A stretch of 61,848 nucleotides of DNA from Clostridiales bacterium (GTDB taxonomy: Bacteria > Bacillota > Clostridia > Lachnospirales > Lachnospiraceae). Position numbers and translations under genes: made by a program. Positions 38,373 to 49,464 of this stretch are shown here, in pieces. Positions within the stretch are counted from its first letter, which is position 1. Each line of letters begins with the position of its first letter. Location of the stretch: positions 1 through 61,848 of the forward strand of contig JAJQDO010000010.1 in the NCBI GenBank assembly GCA_021202175.1, in the 5' to 3' direction. Under the pieces are notes generated by a model that saw nothing but the letters and a program-made list of their open reading frames with translations, was not told the origin of the DNA and ran no database searches.

Positions 38373-38472
38373 TATTGTGTTCCTCCTTAAAGTTTTTTCT
38401 TATTATAACACGTCCATGCATTCTTTACCAACAAATTTTATGGCAAGATGCAAAAACTTTTTAAACTTGTTT

Positions 38473-40680
38473 TCACAGTACTTTTTTTAATTTGGCAAAG
38501 GATGCGAACATCCTCTTGCGGCCAACTTTATCGAAATCTACAGCAACCTCAAAATCCTTGCCTCCTCGGACAATCTCAAGGACAACGCCTTCTCCAAACT
38601 TAATATGTCTCACTCGATCCCCGACGTCATAATCCAGGGTGCTGAGTGGTTTTACCCTGTACTCATCCAAATGATATGGCTTTTTCCTGGCAACCTCTCC
38701 CCTAGTCTGTATTTTTTCCCTGGTCTCCACAGGTAAAGGATGAGCAAGGGAAACATCCGTACATTCCTCAGGAATCTCACGAACGAACCGAGATACCGCG
38801 TTAAACTGCGCCTGACCCCGCTGCATCCTCCTTCTGGCCGCGCTCAGATACAGCCGCTCTTTTGCTCTGGTGATGCCTACATAGCAGAGACGCCGCTCTT
38901 CCTCGATCTCCGTTTCATCCCCGAATGTCGTCGCTCCGTAACCCGGAAAGACATTTTCCTCCATTCCTCCGAGAAATACGTTGGAAAACTCCAGACCCTT
39001 TGCATTATGAAGAGTCATCAGCAGAACCTTATTCGAATCGGTATCCACATTATCAATCCCGGCATTGAGGGTATACATATCTTTTTCCATCAGAAAATCA
39101 GTCAATGTCGGTTTTTCATTCTGTTCCTCGTAATAGGCTATATCGCTGAACAGCTCATCGATATCTTCCAGGCGGCTGCGGGATTCATCGGTGTTCTCCA
39201 GCTCGAGATCTCTTTTGTACTCTGTTTCTTCTATTATAAAGTTCATTAACTCAGAAATATCATGCTCCAGAGCATACTCACGGAAATTGCGAATGGTGTC
39301 GCCAAACTTTTTGATCTTGGATGCAGCCCTTCCAATATCCGGAATCTTATCCACGCGGAAAACAGCTTCCAGAAAGCTTATCTGATTCAGTATCGCATAG
39401 GTCTGAATCCGATCCACCGAAACCTGACCGATTCCTCTCTTCGGCACATTGATGATCCGCTTTACCGCCAGATCGTCACTACCGTTATCCACAACTTTCA
39501 GATAAGCCATCAGGTCTTTGATCTCCTTACGGTCATAAAAGCTGACACCCCGAACAATCGTATAGGGAATCGCCCTTTGCTTTAATTTTTCCTCGAAAAG
39601 ACGAGATTGGGCATTGGTGCGGTAAAGGATCGCCATATCTTCATAAGCGACGCCCCGCATCGCCAGAAAACTAATATAAGAAGCTACTCCTTCCGCCTCA
39701 TCATAATCTGAATCATATTGTTTAAAATGTACCAGCTCTCCCTTTGCGTTTTCTGTCCAAAGAGATTTCTCCTTCCTGGTTGCATTGTTGGCAATCACTC
39801 CGTTGGCGGCATTCAAAATATTCTGCGTCGAACGGTAATTCTGCTCTAAACGAATCACCTTCGCTTCCGGAAAATATTTCTCAAAATTCAAAATATTATA
39901 AATATTGGCGCCGCGGAACTTGTAAATGGATTGATCGTCATCTCCCACGACACAGAGATTACGATATTTGGAGGCCAGCATACGGACCAGAATAAACTGT
40001 ACCGTGTTGGTATCCTGATATTCGTCCACCAAAATGTAACGAAATCGATTCTGATAGTATTCAAGCACATCAGGATTCGCCTGAAAGAGCTGTACGGTCT
40101 TCATGAGGAGATCGTCGAAATCCAGCGCGTCATTTTCCTTCAGTCGCTTCTGATACTCTTCATAAATCTTGCTGATCTCGGTACGCCTAAAATCACCTTC
40201 ACTTTCATTTCGATAATCCAGTGGCGTCTTACATTCATTTTTTGCTCTGGAAATCTCGGACAATACCGTCTTCTCCGTAAAATAATCTTTATTGATTTTC
40301 ATGGATTTCAAAATCTCCTTCATCAGAGATTTCTGATCACTGGTATCATAAATCGTGAAATTCCGGTTATATCCAAGCAAATCAATATTTCTTCGAAGTA
40401 TCCTGCTGCAGGTCGCATGAAATGTGCTGATCCACAGGTCCTCCGAACCCGGACCAACCAGGGAACAGGTGCGTTCCTTCATCTCCTGTGCCGCCTTATT
40501 GGTAAAGGTAATGGCAAGGATATTCCACGGATTCACCCCCATCTCCTCAATCATGTAAACTATTCGATGGGTCAGGGAACGGGTCTTCCCCGTCCCTGCT
40601 CCCGCAAGCATCAACAGAGGGCCTTCCGTACAGAAAACCGCCTCTCTCTGCTCTTTGTTTAAAGAATCATAAATGCTCAT
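38473..40680 (-). CDS. pcrA: ATP-dependent DNA helicase PcrA/UvrD
   Basis: AGAGTGKT, VDEYQD, VGDDDQSIY, LEQNYRS, TLHNAKGLEF, EEERRLCYVGITRA; Tudor-like C-terminus. Confidence 0.95.
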   Translation of the reverse strand: MSIYDSLNKEQREAVFCTEGPLLMLAGAGTGKTRSLTHRIVYMIEEMGVNPWNILAITFTNKAAQEMKERTCSLVGPGSEDLWISTFHATCSRILRRNIDLLGYNRNFTIYDTSDQKSLMKEILKSMKINKDYFTEKTVLSEISRAKNECKTPLDYRNESEGDFRRTEISKIYEEYQKRLKENDALDFDDLLMKTVQLFQANPDVLEYYQNRFRYILVDEYQDTNTVQFILVRMLASKYRNLCVVGDDDQSIYKFRGANIYNILNFEKYFPEAKVIRLEQNYRSTQNILNAANGVIANNATRKEKSLWTENAKGELVHFKQYDSDYDEAEGVASYISFLAMRGVAYEDMAILYRTNAQSRLFEEKLKQRAIPYTIVRGVSFYDRKEIKDLMAYLKVVDNGSDDLAVKRIINVPKRGIGQVSVDRIQTYAILNQISFLEAVFRVDKIPDIGRAASKIKKFGDTIRNFREYALEHDISELMNFIIEETEYKRDLELENTDESRSRLEDIDELFSDIAYYEEQNEKPTLTDFLMEKDMYTLNAGIDNVDTDSNKVLLMTLHNAKGLEFSNVFLGGMEENVFPGYGATTFGDETEIEEERRLCYVGITRAKERLYLSAARRRMQRGQAQFNAVSRFVREIPEECTDVSLAHPLPVETREKIQTRGEVARKKPYHLDEYRVKPLSTLDYDVGDRVRHIKFGEGVVLEIVRGGKDFEVAVDFDKVGRKRMFASFAKLKKVL

Positions 40681-40855
40681 ATAAGCCCTTTCTAACAGAA
40701 AAAACTCCCTTTTCCACTAAAATATATCGTTTCCACGCCTGGCAGGTTGTGAAACGTTACGCTAATTTTGTCAAATTACAAGCATAGCAGTTAGAATCAC
40801 TTCCACTTCAATCGGAGCACGAAAACGTTACACTAATTTTGTCGGCATTGAAACG

Positions 40856-41989
40856 TTACACCAGTTTCTGTCCGCAATTTGAACAGAAATTCGCCCCATT
40901 CGTTTTTTGTCCGCAGTTCGGGCAAAAATTCGGAACGGCTCGCGCCCCTTCCGCCTGCCTGTCATCCTCTCTACTCTGATTGGCAACAGGAATCTGGGAT
41001 GCATTGCTCTGTCCGGGACAAGAACCATTTGCCGTCGGAGCACTATTCTGCGTTCCATATCCTTGTCTGGAGTAAGAATCGCTTGCCGTCGGTGCGCCAT
41101 TCTGCGTCCCATATCCCTGTCCGGAGTAAGACGCATTCATCGCCGGTGGCTTCATCTGGTTCCTCAGCTGCTGCGCCATCGCCATCCCCATCTGCATGGA
41201 AGCCATGTCAGCAGCGATGTGACCACCCTGGGTATTCCCGTTCGTCATCGAATCCAGCACGGCCATCTGCTGATAGCGATTCATATCACCGACCATACTC
41301 TGGCTGGCTACCTTGGTGATCATCTTCTGAATCTCTTCCGGATAGCTGACAGTATTAATCTGAAAGCCGGTCATGGCAAGGCCGATATCGCGAAGTTCTT
41401 TATCCAGATCTGCCATGATGCCTGCGGATATCTCCCGGGCATTGGCCTGGATATTAAACATATCCTTCCCTTCCCGGACGATCCACTGCAAAAGCAGCTG
41501 ATCTAGCACTGAGAGAACTCTCTCCCGCACTTCCTCCGTCGTGAACTGCTTCTTCACGCCGGCGATTCTGTTGATCAATATCTCATAATCTCCCACTTTA
41601 AACTGAAACGTCCCGTTAGCGCGGATGGGCATACCGCCCGGCAGCGAAGGATTCGGTAAATTAATCGCCTGTTTCGTCCCCCACTTCATCACGAACTCCT
41701 TCGTGTTGACAAAAAGAACTTCGGCGCGTAACCCACTGTTAAATCCAAATCGAAACCCTTTTAAAGAAGAAAGAAACGGGATGATATCGGATTCGATATC
41801 ATAATTTCCCTCCTCCTTAAATATACCTTCCGTCCTGCCATTATACATAAATATCGCATCCTGTCCCGGACGGATAATCAGGCGGGATCCCCTTTTTATC
41901 TCATCATTATTCCATTTATAAAAAATGACGTCATCTCTCGTTTCCTGCCACTCCACTACGTTGGCAAGCTGCCCCTTAAAAAGTCCCAT
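40856..41989 (-). CDS. SPFH-domain protein (YdjI-like) with 18-aa repeats and a C-terminal double Zn ribbon
   Basis: NVVEW..., GSRLIIRPGQ.AIF, KWGT; FCPNCG..FCSNCG. Start moved to 41989 (AGGGGTG RBS). Confidence 0.8.
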   Translation of the reverse strand: MGLFKGQLANVVEWQETRDDVIFYKWNNDEIKRGSRLIIRPGQDAIFMYNGRTEGIFKEEGNYDIESDIIPFLSSLKGFRFGFNSGLRAEVLFVNTKEFVMKWGTKQAINLPNPSLPGGMPIRANGTFQFKVGDYEILINRIAGVKKQFTTEEVRERVLSVLDQLLLQWIVREGKDMFNIQANAREISAGIMADLDKELRDIGLAMTGFQINTVSYPEEIQKMITKVASQSMVGDMNRYQQMAVLDSMTNGNTQGGHIAADMASMQMGMAMAQQLRNQMKPPAMNASYSGQGYGTQNGAPTASDSYSRQGYGTQNSAPTANGSCPGQSNASQIPVANQSREDDRQAEGARAVPNFCPNCGQKTNGANFCSNCGQKLV

Positions 41990-42325
41990 AAAATCACCCC
42001 TTTCATTCGATTCGTGTGCTGATATCAATGATGCCGTACACCAGACAATCATTATACAACAACAGACGTAGATTGTCACTATCTTTCAACATCGTAAAAT
42101 ACTGTAAAATATCAATAATAATCTATCTGAAAAAAATAATTTCCCCTTGTCATCTGGTTATAAAAACCATATAATGATACAAAGATAAACAGGAATCCGA
42201 TACTCAGCTTTCGATTTCTGTCTTCGAGACCCGCATCAACACCACTATGACATCATGCTATCGGAATTCAAAGATATTTGGCTCCAATGGTATCCATGAT
42301 CTATCAGAACACAGGAGGCGATTTT

Positions 42326-43024
42326 TTGAACAAAGATACCAACGAATGGCTGCACGATATATTAAAGGATGTCCAGATTCCCTCGGAAGATATTCCGAAT
42401 ATCGATCTGTATATGGATCAGGTCACAACATTTATGGATACCCGTCTGGCAGAAACCAGAAGATATCCGGAAGATAAGATTCTGACAAAAACCATGATCA
42501 ATAACTACGCGAAGAATCATCTGCTTCCCCCTTCGGAAAAGAAAAAGTATTCCAAAGAACATATCCTTCTTCTCATCATCATATACCGGTTAAAAAATAT
42601 GCTTTCCATCACGGACATCCAGAACCTGCTTGAACCATTGACAGAAAAATATTTTCCCGAAAATGATTCCAAAGACTTATCTATGAAGGAAATATATGAC
42701 AAGCTTTTACAGGAAACAACAAAAAGACATCCCGACATCGAAGAACAGGTGCTGAAAGACTGGTCGGATTCCAGAGATTCCTTTTCTGATCACATTCTCT
42801 CTCAGGAGGATTCCGATTATCTGGACGACTTAGTCTTTATCTATAAATTATGCTATGACATTTACATCCGGAAGCAGACGATTGAGAAAATAATCGATTA
42901 CCGTCGGCAACAGCAGGCTTCTGCTGATCAGGACCAGTCAGCTTCTGTCACAGCCTCTGATAAAAAGTCCGCCGACAAAAGGAAAGGGAAAGCCGCAAAA
43001 AAACCCCCCACATCCTTATTGTAA
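42326..43024 (+). CDS. DUF1836-family protein
   Basis: DIPNIDLYMDQV, LTKTMINNYAK, KKKYSKEH; TTG start after GGAGG. Confidence 0.85.
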   Translation: MNKDTNEWLHDILKDVQIPSEDIPNIDLYMDQVTTFMDTRLAETRRYPEDKILTKTMINNYAKNHLLPPSEKKKYSKEHILLLIIIYRLKNMLSITDIQNLLEPLTEKYFPENDSKDLSMKEIYDKLLQETTKRHPDIEEQVLKDWSDSRDSFSDHILSQEDSDYLDDLVFIYKLCYDIYIRKQTIEKIIDYRRQQQASADQDQSASVTASDKKSADKRKGKAAKKPPTSLL

Positions 43025-43351
43025 TCCTTTTGATTCTTCCTGTTCTGCCTGTTTTTTCTCTTCTTTTTGCCGTAAGCGTTCTATCACCAGCTCGTAGCCG
43101 TCCGCACCATAGTTTAAGCAACGGTTTACGCGGCTGATGGTAGCCGTCGACGCTCCGGTTCTTTCCGCCACTTCATTGTATGTACAACGACCTAGCAGCA
43201 TATTCGCCACCTCAAAACGTTGTCCCAGGGAAAGCAGTTCACTGACCGTACACAAATCCTCAAAAAAAGCATAACACTCCTCTACCGTTTCCAGACAAGT
43301 GATTCCTTCAAACAGCTTCTCAACCTCGGGCGTATGTATATTCTTTCCCAT
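43016..43351 (-). CDS. TrpR-related YerC/YecD protein
   Basis: ECYAFFEDLCT..E..QR, TGASTATISRVNRCL.YG. Confidence 0.9.
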   Translation of the reverse strand: MGKNIHTPEVEKLFEGITCLETVEECYAFFEDLCTVSELLSLGQRFEVANMLLGRCTYNEVAERTGASTATISRVNRCLNYGADGYELVIERLRQKEEKKQAEQEESKGLQ

Positions 43352-43480
43352 AATATATCCTCTCTCCTTTTCCGGCTATAGATGATTGAAAACTGTAGCC
43401 ACAACATTCCGATTCTCATTCTGCCACATTATCAAAGCTGATGGCACAATCGATTGATGGCGTTTATCGTTTGCATGGTA

Positions 43481-44206
43481 TTATTCAAACTGCTTCTTCT
43501 TGTTAATATAATCCTTAAACACATCCACAGAACGATTTACAATCAGTTCTTCCGGAAAGTTCAGTTCTTCAATCAATTTCTCAGAAAAGTCGCGGCGCGC
43601 CACATCAGCAAACACATGGGCGTCACTGTTCATAACGACCGGCTGCTTATATTCTCTGCAAAGTTCCAGCATGGTAATCAGATTCCCACGGGTATGTTTT
43701 CGCGAACCCCGGGGATTCAGGGAATTATTATTCACCTCAAGCAACGTACCGGTCTCCTTCGCCGCCTCCACGATGGGTTTATAATCTAGCGGATACAAGC
43801 CGTCATCAGGATGACCGATGATATCGATCATCGGATTATGAATCGCAGCAAGTACAGCACGGGTATTTTCTTCCTTCGTTCCCGGACGGATACAGACACC
43901 GTGAAGGCTGGCAATCTTCAGATCAAGCTGTCGCATCGAAGGCAGATCAAGATCCACGTGGCCATCATAATCCAGGATATTCAGTTCCACGCCCAACATA
44001 ACCTCAATTCCACACAGCGTTCGCGGCACTACCTTTAAATTATGGAAATAAAGATTACCGCAACTGCCCGGCATCATGGGCGCATGTTCCGTAATCCCAA
44101 GAAGCTTCAGCCCCTTATCAAAACCTGCCTTTGCCATTTCCATCATACTGTTATAAGCATGCCCACTGGCAATCGTGTGGGTATGTACATCAAGTAAATA
44201 TTCCAT
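43481..44206 (-). CDS. PHP-domain phosphatase (YcdX-like)
   Basis: DVHTHTIASGHAY, ITEH, GVELNI, IGHPD, SDAH. Confidence 0.88.
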   Translation of the reverse strand: MEYLLDVHTHTIASGHAYNSMMEMAKAGFDKGLKLLGITEHAPMMPGSCGNLYFHNLKVVPRTLCGIEVMLGVELNILDYDGHVDLDLPSMRQLDLKIASLHGVCIRPGTKEENTRAVLAAIHNPMIDIIGHPDDGLYPLDYKPIVEAAKETGTLLEVNNNSLNPRGSRKHTRGNLITMLELCREYKQPVVMNSDAHVFADVARRDFSEKLIEELNFPEELIVNRSVDVFKDYINKKKQFE

Positions 44207-44359
44207 AACGACTCCTTAATTAAAATCTATCTTTAGCATTTATTTAGTATAACATAAAAATATATGATTTAAAAGATGAAGAAATTATTACGGAAAGAAA
44301 GACTGTAAGATTGTGTTATAGTTCATGAGCTATAGCCAAAAAAGCGACACTTCAGATTA

Positions 44360-44394
44360 GGGTCCGTATCATCTTTTTTGATACGGACCTTTTT
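44360..44394. terminator. Hairpin downstream of ldh
   Basis: GGTCCGTATCA-loop-TGATACGGACC with a flanking T run. Confidence 0.5.
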
Positions 44395-44438
44395 GCTGTT
44401 TCCCGCGTTATGGCGCGAATTTCCTTATGCTTACCTGT

Positions 44439-45383
44439 TTATAATTCCTGGTAAGTCTGTGATAAAGTCTCACAGGATAAATGGAGTCTGTTTTTTTCCT
44501 CCGGTCCCAGGGTGCATTCGATGATGCGCGCGATGCCCAGCCGATTCACTACACACGGAACGCCGATAAAGATATCTTTCTCTCCGTATTCTCCCTGTAG
44601 CATGGCTGAAACGGTGAGAACGCTGTGCTCATTTCCGAAAATCGCTTTCGTGATTCTGGCCATCGCCATACCAATTCCGTAGTAGGTCGCCTTTTTGGCC
44701 TCGATAATCTTGTAGGCGGCCATGCGCACTTCCTCCTCCACTTCGAGGAGTTCCTGAAAGTGACAGCCTTCCGTCTCACTACAAAGCTCGAAAATCGGTT
44801 TGGTCGCCATCATCGCCTGGCTCCAGGGCACGAACTCGCTGTCTCCATGTTCTCCCATCACATAGGCGTGCATGTTTCTCGGATCAATCATAAATTTTTC
44901 TCCGAGCAGATAACGAAGCCTCGCCGTATCCAGGGCAGTGCCGGTACCAATCACTTTTCCGGGCGGAAACCCGCTGATTTCATAGACGATTCTGGCCATG
45001 AGATCTACTGGATTGGTGGCGACCAGGAAAATACCATGAAATCCGCTTTCCAATACTGACTCCAGGATGGTGTGAAACACCTTTCGGTTCTCCCGAAGCA
45101 GATCCAGGCGGCTTTGTCCTTCTTTCTGGGGTAATCCGGCGGTCAGCACCACCATATCGGCATCATGGCAATCTGTATATTCTCCTGCGTATATCTCCAT
45201 ATTTCCACCGCTAAAAGGTACGCCATGGTTTAAATCCATAGCTTCGCCCTCTGCCTTTTTCTGATTGATATCTATGAGGACCAGTTCATCGCAAAGATTC
45301 TGATTCAACAAAGCATAAGCGTAGCTCGTGCCAACCATTCCGGTTCCCACCAGCACAATCTTTCTTCGATCATTGCCCTTCAT
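44439..45383 (-). CDS. ldh: L-lactate dehydrogenase
   Basis: GTGMVG, TAGLPQKEGQSRLDL, ATNPVD, LDTAR, GEHGDS, ATYYGI. Confidence 0.95.
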   Translation of the reverse strand: MKGNDRRKIVLVGTGMVGTSYAYALLNQNLCDELVLIDINQKKAEGEAMDLNHGVPFSGGNMEIYAGEYTDCHDADMVVLTAGLPQKEGQSRLDLLRENRKVFHTILESVLESGFHGIFLVATNPVDLMARIVYEISGFPPGKVIGTGTALDTARLRYLLGEKFMIDPRNMHAYVMGEHGDSEFVPWSQAMMATKPIFELCSETEGCHFQELLEVEEEVRMAAYKIIEAKKATYYGIGMAMARITKAIFGNEHSVLTVSAMLQGEYGEKDIFIGVPCVVNRLGIARIIECTLGPEEKNRLHLSCETLSQTYQEL

Positions 45384-45427
45384 ATCTGTTCTCCTTTACA
45401 AATACTATCTCATCTTTTATTTCGTTC

Positions 45428-47137
45428 TTAAATATTTTCCAGAATAATCTGAATCAGCTCCTCCGCATTTTTCTTCCCGTAAAATGTTTTATCGCCGTTG
45501 ATCAGAAGAAAGGGAACACTGAATATCTGATGCTTTTCTTTGTAATCTGGAAACTGCGCGATATTAATCAAATGCGTCTCCACCATAGGCGTGATCGCGG
45601 CGATCGCCATGGCACTAGCGGCCAAAACGGGGCATTTTGTGCAGCCTAACGTAACGCCGACTTCCAGACGGACCGGTGTTTTTACGCCTTGTACCTGTTC
45701 CTGTACTTCCACGCTCAACGGTTTTCCGGGTCCCGCTGCCTGATAGAGAGCCGACAGGAAGCTGGAAAATTCGTGACCGCCCGGCGTCCCGTGGAAATAC
45801 ATGCCCTGCCGTTTCCCGTCCTCGGAGGAAATGCTGATGGATGGAAATATTTTCCCTTGTTGCGCAGCCACATTTTCATAGTAGAAGCGGGCCTTCGGCA
45901 TCACACTTTCCAAGTCTTTCATAAAAGCCCGGACATTTTTTGAAACATCGGAGTCATCCAACGAGACTTTACAATGAGGGTTCGTTGCGAAATGGCGTTC
46001 CATCTCCCTGATTTCGAAATATACCTCTTTAAACGGGGAATCCGGTCGCAGTACTCCATCCACCCAATCTTCTTTCTGATTCTGAAACTGCTCTTTACGT
46101 TCACTCCTATCGTTTTTTGTATCTCCCTGCGTCTGGAACTGCTCTTCCAGTTCATTCTCATTGTCCTTTATCCCAGAAGCAACAGAATGCGGAGAAATCG
46201 CAACGGACATCTGTTCCAAAGGATAATCCGCCACAATGGTCTCCGCGGCAGCAGCGCCGTCAGCAACAGCTGTCACGACCTGGCGCAGCCGTTTCTGACA
46301 TACATCCCCGGCGCCATAGACGCCTTCCACGTTCGTACGTTTTCCTTCGTCGGTGACGAGATACCCCTGGCTGTCGCATACAAGCTGCTTTTTTACAATC
46401 TCTGTCTGGGGAAGATAACCGGCAAATATAAAGATTCCGATTGTATCTTCACTTTCAAAAGACCACTCCTTGTCATCGGCTGAATTTTTCAATACGATTT
46501 TTTTTACCGTGGTATCTCCCTCTACCCGCACGATTTCCGTATTGAATTCAATCTGAATGTCTGGATGTGCCTTTACCTTATCAGCGATGCTCTTGGCACA
46601 GGTAAATTCCGGTTCCCGGACAATCATGGTCACCGGTCTGGAATATCTGGTCAGGAACATGGCCTCTTCAGCAGCGGCATAGCCGCCGCCCACGACAAAA
46701 ATCGGTTTATCCTTAAATAGTTCACCGTCACAGGTCGCACAGTAAGCAATCCCTCTCCCCGCAAACCTGCCTTCTCCAGGAAAATCCAGTTTCCGCGGTA
46801 CCGATCCGGCCGCATAAATGACCACCGGGGCTTCGTAATGTCCTTTTTCTGTCTGAACAATCTTATCTGTATTTTTTAATGAGACGCTGAGAACAGTTTC
46901 CCGCCGAATATCTGCCCCAAAATTCACCGCCTGGCGCCGCATGGTTTCCATCAAAGCCTCGCCGTCGGTCTGCTCTATGCCAGGATAATTAACGACCTCC
47001 TCCGAGATTCGAATCTGTCCACCCTCCTCTTCCTTCTCAAAAAGAAGCACCTCATATCCAGCCCGGCACAGATAAATAGCCGCTGTCAGCCCGGCGGGAC
47101 CGCCGCCGATAATGATCGTCTGATGTTTCTCTGTCAT
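45428..47137 (-). CDS. AhpF-like thioredoxin reductase with C-terminal thioredoxin-like domains
   Basis: GGGPAG, CATCDG, GAGDV; C-terminal PGGHEFSSF and CTKC; coupled to ahpC. Confidence 0.85.
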   Translation of the reverse strand: MTEKHQTIIIGGGPAGLTAAIYLCRAGYEVLLFEKEEEGGQIRISEEVVNYPGIEQTDGEALMETMRRQAVNFGADIRRETVLSVSLKNTDKIVQTEKGHYEAPVVIYAAGSVPRKLDFPGEGRFAGRGIAYCATCDGELFKDKPIFVVGGGYAAAEEAMFLTRYSRPVTMIVREPEFTCAKSIADKVKAHPDIQIEFNTEIVRVEGDTTVKKIVLKNSADDKEWSFESEDTIGIFIFAGYLPQTEIVKKQLVCDSQGYLVTDEGKRTNVEGVYGAGDVCQKRLRQVVTAVADGAAAAETIVADYPLEQMSVAISPHSVASGIKDNENELEEQFQTQGDTKNDRSERKEQFQNQKEDWVDGVLRPDSPFKEVYFEIREMERHFATNPHCKVSLDDSDVSKNVRAFMKDLESVMPKARFYYENVAAQQGKIFPSISISSEDGKRQGMYFHGTPGGHEFSSFLSALYQAAGPGKPLSVEVQEQVQGVKTPVRLEVGVTLGCTKCPVLAASAMAIAAITPMVETHLINIAQFPDYKEKHQIFSVPFLLINGDKTFYGKKNAEELIQIILENI

Positions 47138-47700
47138 TACAATATCCCCACTAAATCAATACCTGGTTTCAAGGTTTCTTCTCCCGGTCTCCATTTTGCC
47201 GGACATACATCTTCTCCGTGCTGTGCTACAAATTGCAGTGCCTGCACCCGACGGATAATCTCTTCTGCATTTCTTCCCACATTCCCGTCAATCACCTCAT
47301 AGGCTTTAATCGTACATTCGGGATCTACGATAAAGGTTCCTCGTTCTGCCATGCCATCACTCTCGATCATGATATCCAAATCTCTCACCAGATGCCCGGT
47401 GGGATCGGCCACCAGAGGATAGCAAAGCTTTCCGATTCGTTCAGAATGATCATGCCAGGCCTTATGCACAAAATGAGAGTCACAAGACACGCCATAAACT
47501 TCACATCCGGTATTCCGAAACTCCTCATAATGGTCCTGCAAGTCTTCCAGCTCCGTCGGGCAGACAAAAGTGAAGTCTGCCGGATAGAAAAACAGCACAG
47601 ACCAGTGTCCTTTCAAGTCCTCTTTCTTTAAAGTTTTAAACTCGCCTTTCACAAATGTCTGCAATTCAAATTCGCACACGCTTTTTCCAATATAAGACAT
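47137..47700 (-). CDS. ahpC: Peroxiredoxin AhpC
   Basis: FYPADFTFVCPTE; resolving VCPAKW; LKPGIDLVG. Confidence 0.95.
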   Translation of the reverse strand: MSYIGKSVCEFELQTFVKGEFKTLKKEDLKGHWSVLFFYPADFTFVCPTELEDLQDHYEEFRNTGCEVYGVSCDSHFVHKAWHDHSERIGKLCYPLVADPTGHLVRDLDIMIESDGMAERGTFIVDPECTIKAYEVIDGNVGRNAEEIIRRVQALQFVAQHGEDVCPAKWRPGEETLKPGIDLVGIL

Positions 47701-47800
47701 AAAAAATACCTCCTTACGGAGGTAGTATTTGTGCTTTATGGAAAACTATGCACATCTTTCTGTGCGAATTCTCTCGTTTAATTTATTTGTCAGGGTTATT

Positions 47801-48475
47801 TCAATTCGCCTCATAAGGACGAACCCGCAGGACCAGGCCATTATCATCGCAAACCTTCTGACAGGCAGCCACTTCCTCTTCTCCAATAACGTCCACAACT
47901 GTCATCACGACATGCGGTACATAATTCTGGCAATCTTTCGCATAATCGATCATCGCCTGATAAGATTGGAGGCCAAAACGGTTGCGCGTCACATCAAGAT
48001 ATTTCTGGACATCCGAAGAATTCAGGCTGACAGAAACGGTATCCATCACTCCTTCAAACAGATGCGCTGTCGGTTTTCCAAACACCAGATCGGTGAGGCC
48101 ATTGGTGTTGATGCGTATCGGGATGTCCGGATGAATGCTCTTTAACCAGCGCCCAATCTCAATCACATCATCAAGGCGCATAGTTGGCTCGCCAAATCCA
48201 CAGAAAATAAGCTCCTTCACTTTCGACCAGTCATATTTTTCATATTCCGCCTTTACTTCCTCCACCGTCGGCTCCTCTTTCAGCCACAGACTGTTATGTT
48301 CATTAAACTCTTTCAGGCTCCGTAAGCAAAAAGTACAGGAACAAGAACAACGATTCGTCAGATTCATATATATCTTGTTCGGGAAACCATTCTCTCCCAA
48401 ATCAGATAAATCCGGTTTAAAATCTTCCAGATTATAATAAACACCATCGCGTACTGTATATAATATCATTCTCAT
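47801..48475 (-). CDS. Radical SAM protein (TatD-associated type)
   Basis: YMNLTNRCSCSCTFCLR, LWLKEEP, FCGFGEP, RINTNG. Confidence 0.85.
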   Translation of the reverse strand: MRMILYTVRDGVYYNLEDFKPDLSDLGENGFPNKIYMNLTNRCSCSCTFCLRSLKEFNEHNSLWLKEEPTVEEVKAEYEKYDWSKVKELIFCGFGEPTMRLDDVIEIGRWLKSIHPDIPIRINTNGLTDLVFGKPTAHLFEGVMDTVSVSLNSSDVQKYLDVTRNRFGLQSYQAMIDYAKDCQNYVPHVVMTVVDVIGEEEVAACQKVCDDNGLVLRVRPYEAN

Positions 48476-48539
48476 CTTCCTTTCAAATATTATGCCGTCG
48501 GCTAGTATGCTGTATCATTGATATTCATTTTATTGTTAT

Positions 48540-49370
48540 CTACAGCTCATCCAGGTATTCTTCAAAGCAAATGCCGTAATTCCAGGGAAGCTCCTGTTTC
48601 GCCGTATAAGCAATCGCCTTATCTAAAAACCGAATCGCCCGTCGAACTGCTGTCTCAAAGTCATCACCCTGAATTAATGCCCCGGTCACGACGGAAGAAA
48701 AGACATCTCCGGTACCGGAGCGATCACCGCCTATCTTTCTCATGGCAATCAGTTTCGCATTCTTATTTTTCTCATAAACATAATTAAAAATCTGTGCTCC
48801 CTGCTGTAATCCGGTAATCACCACCCGGTCCGGCCCCATCTCGCTTAAGCCATCCGCAATATCATACAGTGCATCCTGAGAGATATCCGCGCTGTGATAA
48901 TCCAGATCCAGCAGACGACAAGCCTCCGTCAGATTCGGCGTGAGCACGTCCGCGCGGGGCAATAACCGCTTCATCTCGTGACACAGCTCATCCGTATAAG
49001 AGGAATACAGCTTCCCATAATCCCCCATCACCGGATCGACCACCACCAATGTTTCCTCTTTCTTAAAACGCTCAAAAAAATCAACCACGATATCAATCTG
49101 TTCTTTGGAGCCGATGAAACCGGAAGCTATCCCATCAAAAGATATCCCTGTCCGCTCCCAATTATCTACATATGTCTTTAGATATGGCGTAAAATCATGC
49201 AAAAAGTAATCCGGAAAACCGGTGTGTACTGATAAAATCGCCGTCGGCACCACGCAGCACTGTATTTTCATAGCCGAGATGATCGGCTGAGCTACGGCAG
49301 CAGAACACCGTCCGAACCCGGTCACATCATTGATGACCGCCACTCTTTTTTGTCTTGTCATACGAATCAC
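48540..49370 (-). CDS. pdxK: Pyridoxal/pyridoxamine kinase
   Basis: ND.TGFGRCS, PTAILS.HTG, DPVMGD.GKLY, TPNLTEA, GTGDVF. Confidence 0.88.
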   Translation of the reverse strand: MIRMTRQKRVAVINDVTGFGRCSAAVAQPIISAMKIQCCVVPTAILSVHTGFPDYFLHDFTPYLKTYVDNWERTGISFDGIASGFIGSKEQIDIVVDFFERFKKEETLVVVDPVMGDYGKLYSSYTDELCHEMKRLLPRADVLTPNLTEACRLLDLDYHSADISQDALYDIADGLSEMGPDRVVITGLQQGAQIFNYVYEKNKNAKLIAMRKIGGDRSGTGDVFSSVVTGALIQGDDFETAVRRAIRFLDKAIAYTAKQELPWNYGICFEEYLDEL

Positions 49371-49464
49371 CTATCTCGTCGCTATAAAAGCAACCTTCTT
49401 ATAAATCAGATTTTATCATAACACAAACTGACCCTACCCAAAATAACCAATTTAAGTTCTTTTT

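Noticed and set aside
45428-47137. AhpF with thioredoxin-like domains at the C-terminus as a novelty
   Set aside because: This permuted AhpF-homolog layout beside ahpC is already known in anaerobic Gram-positives.
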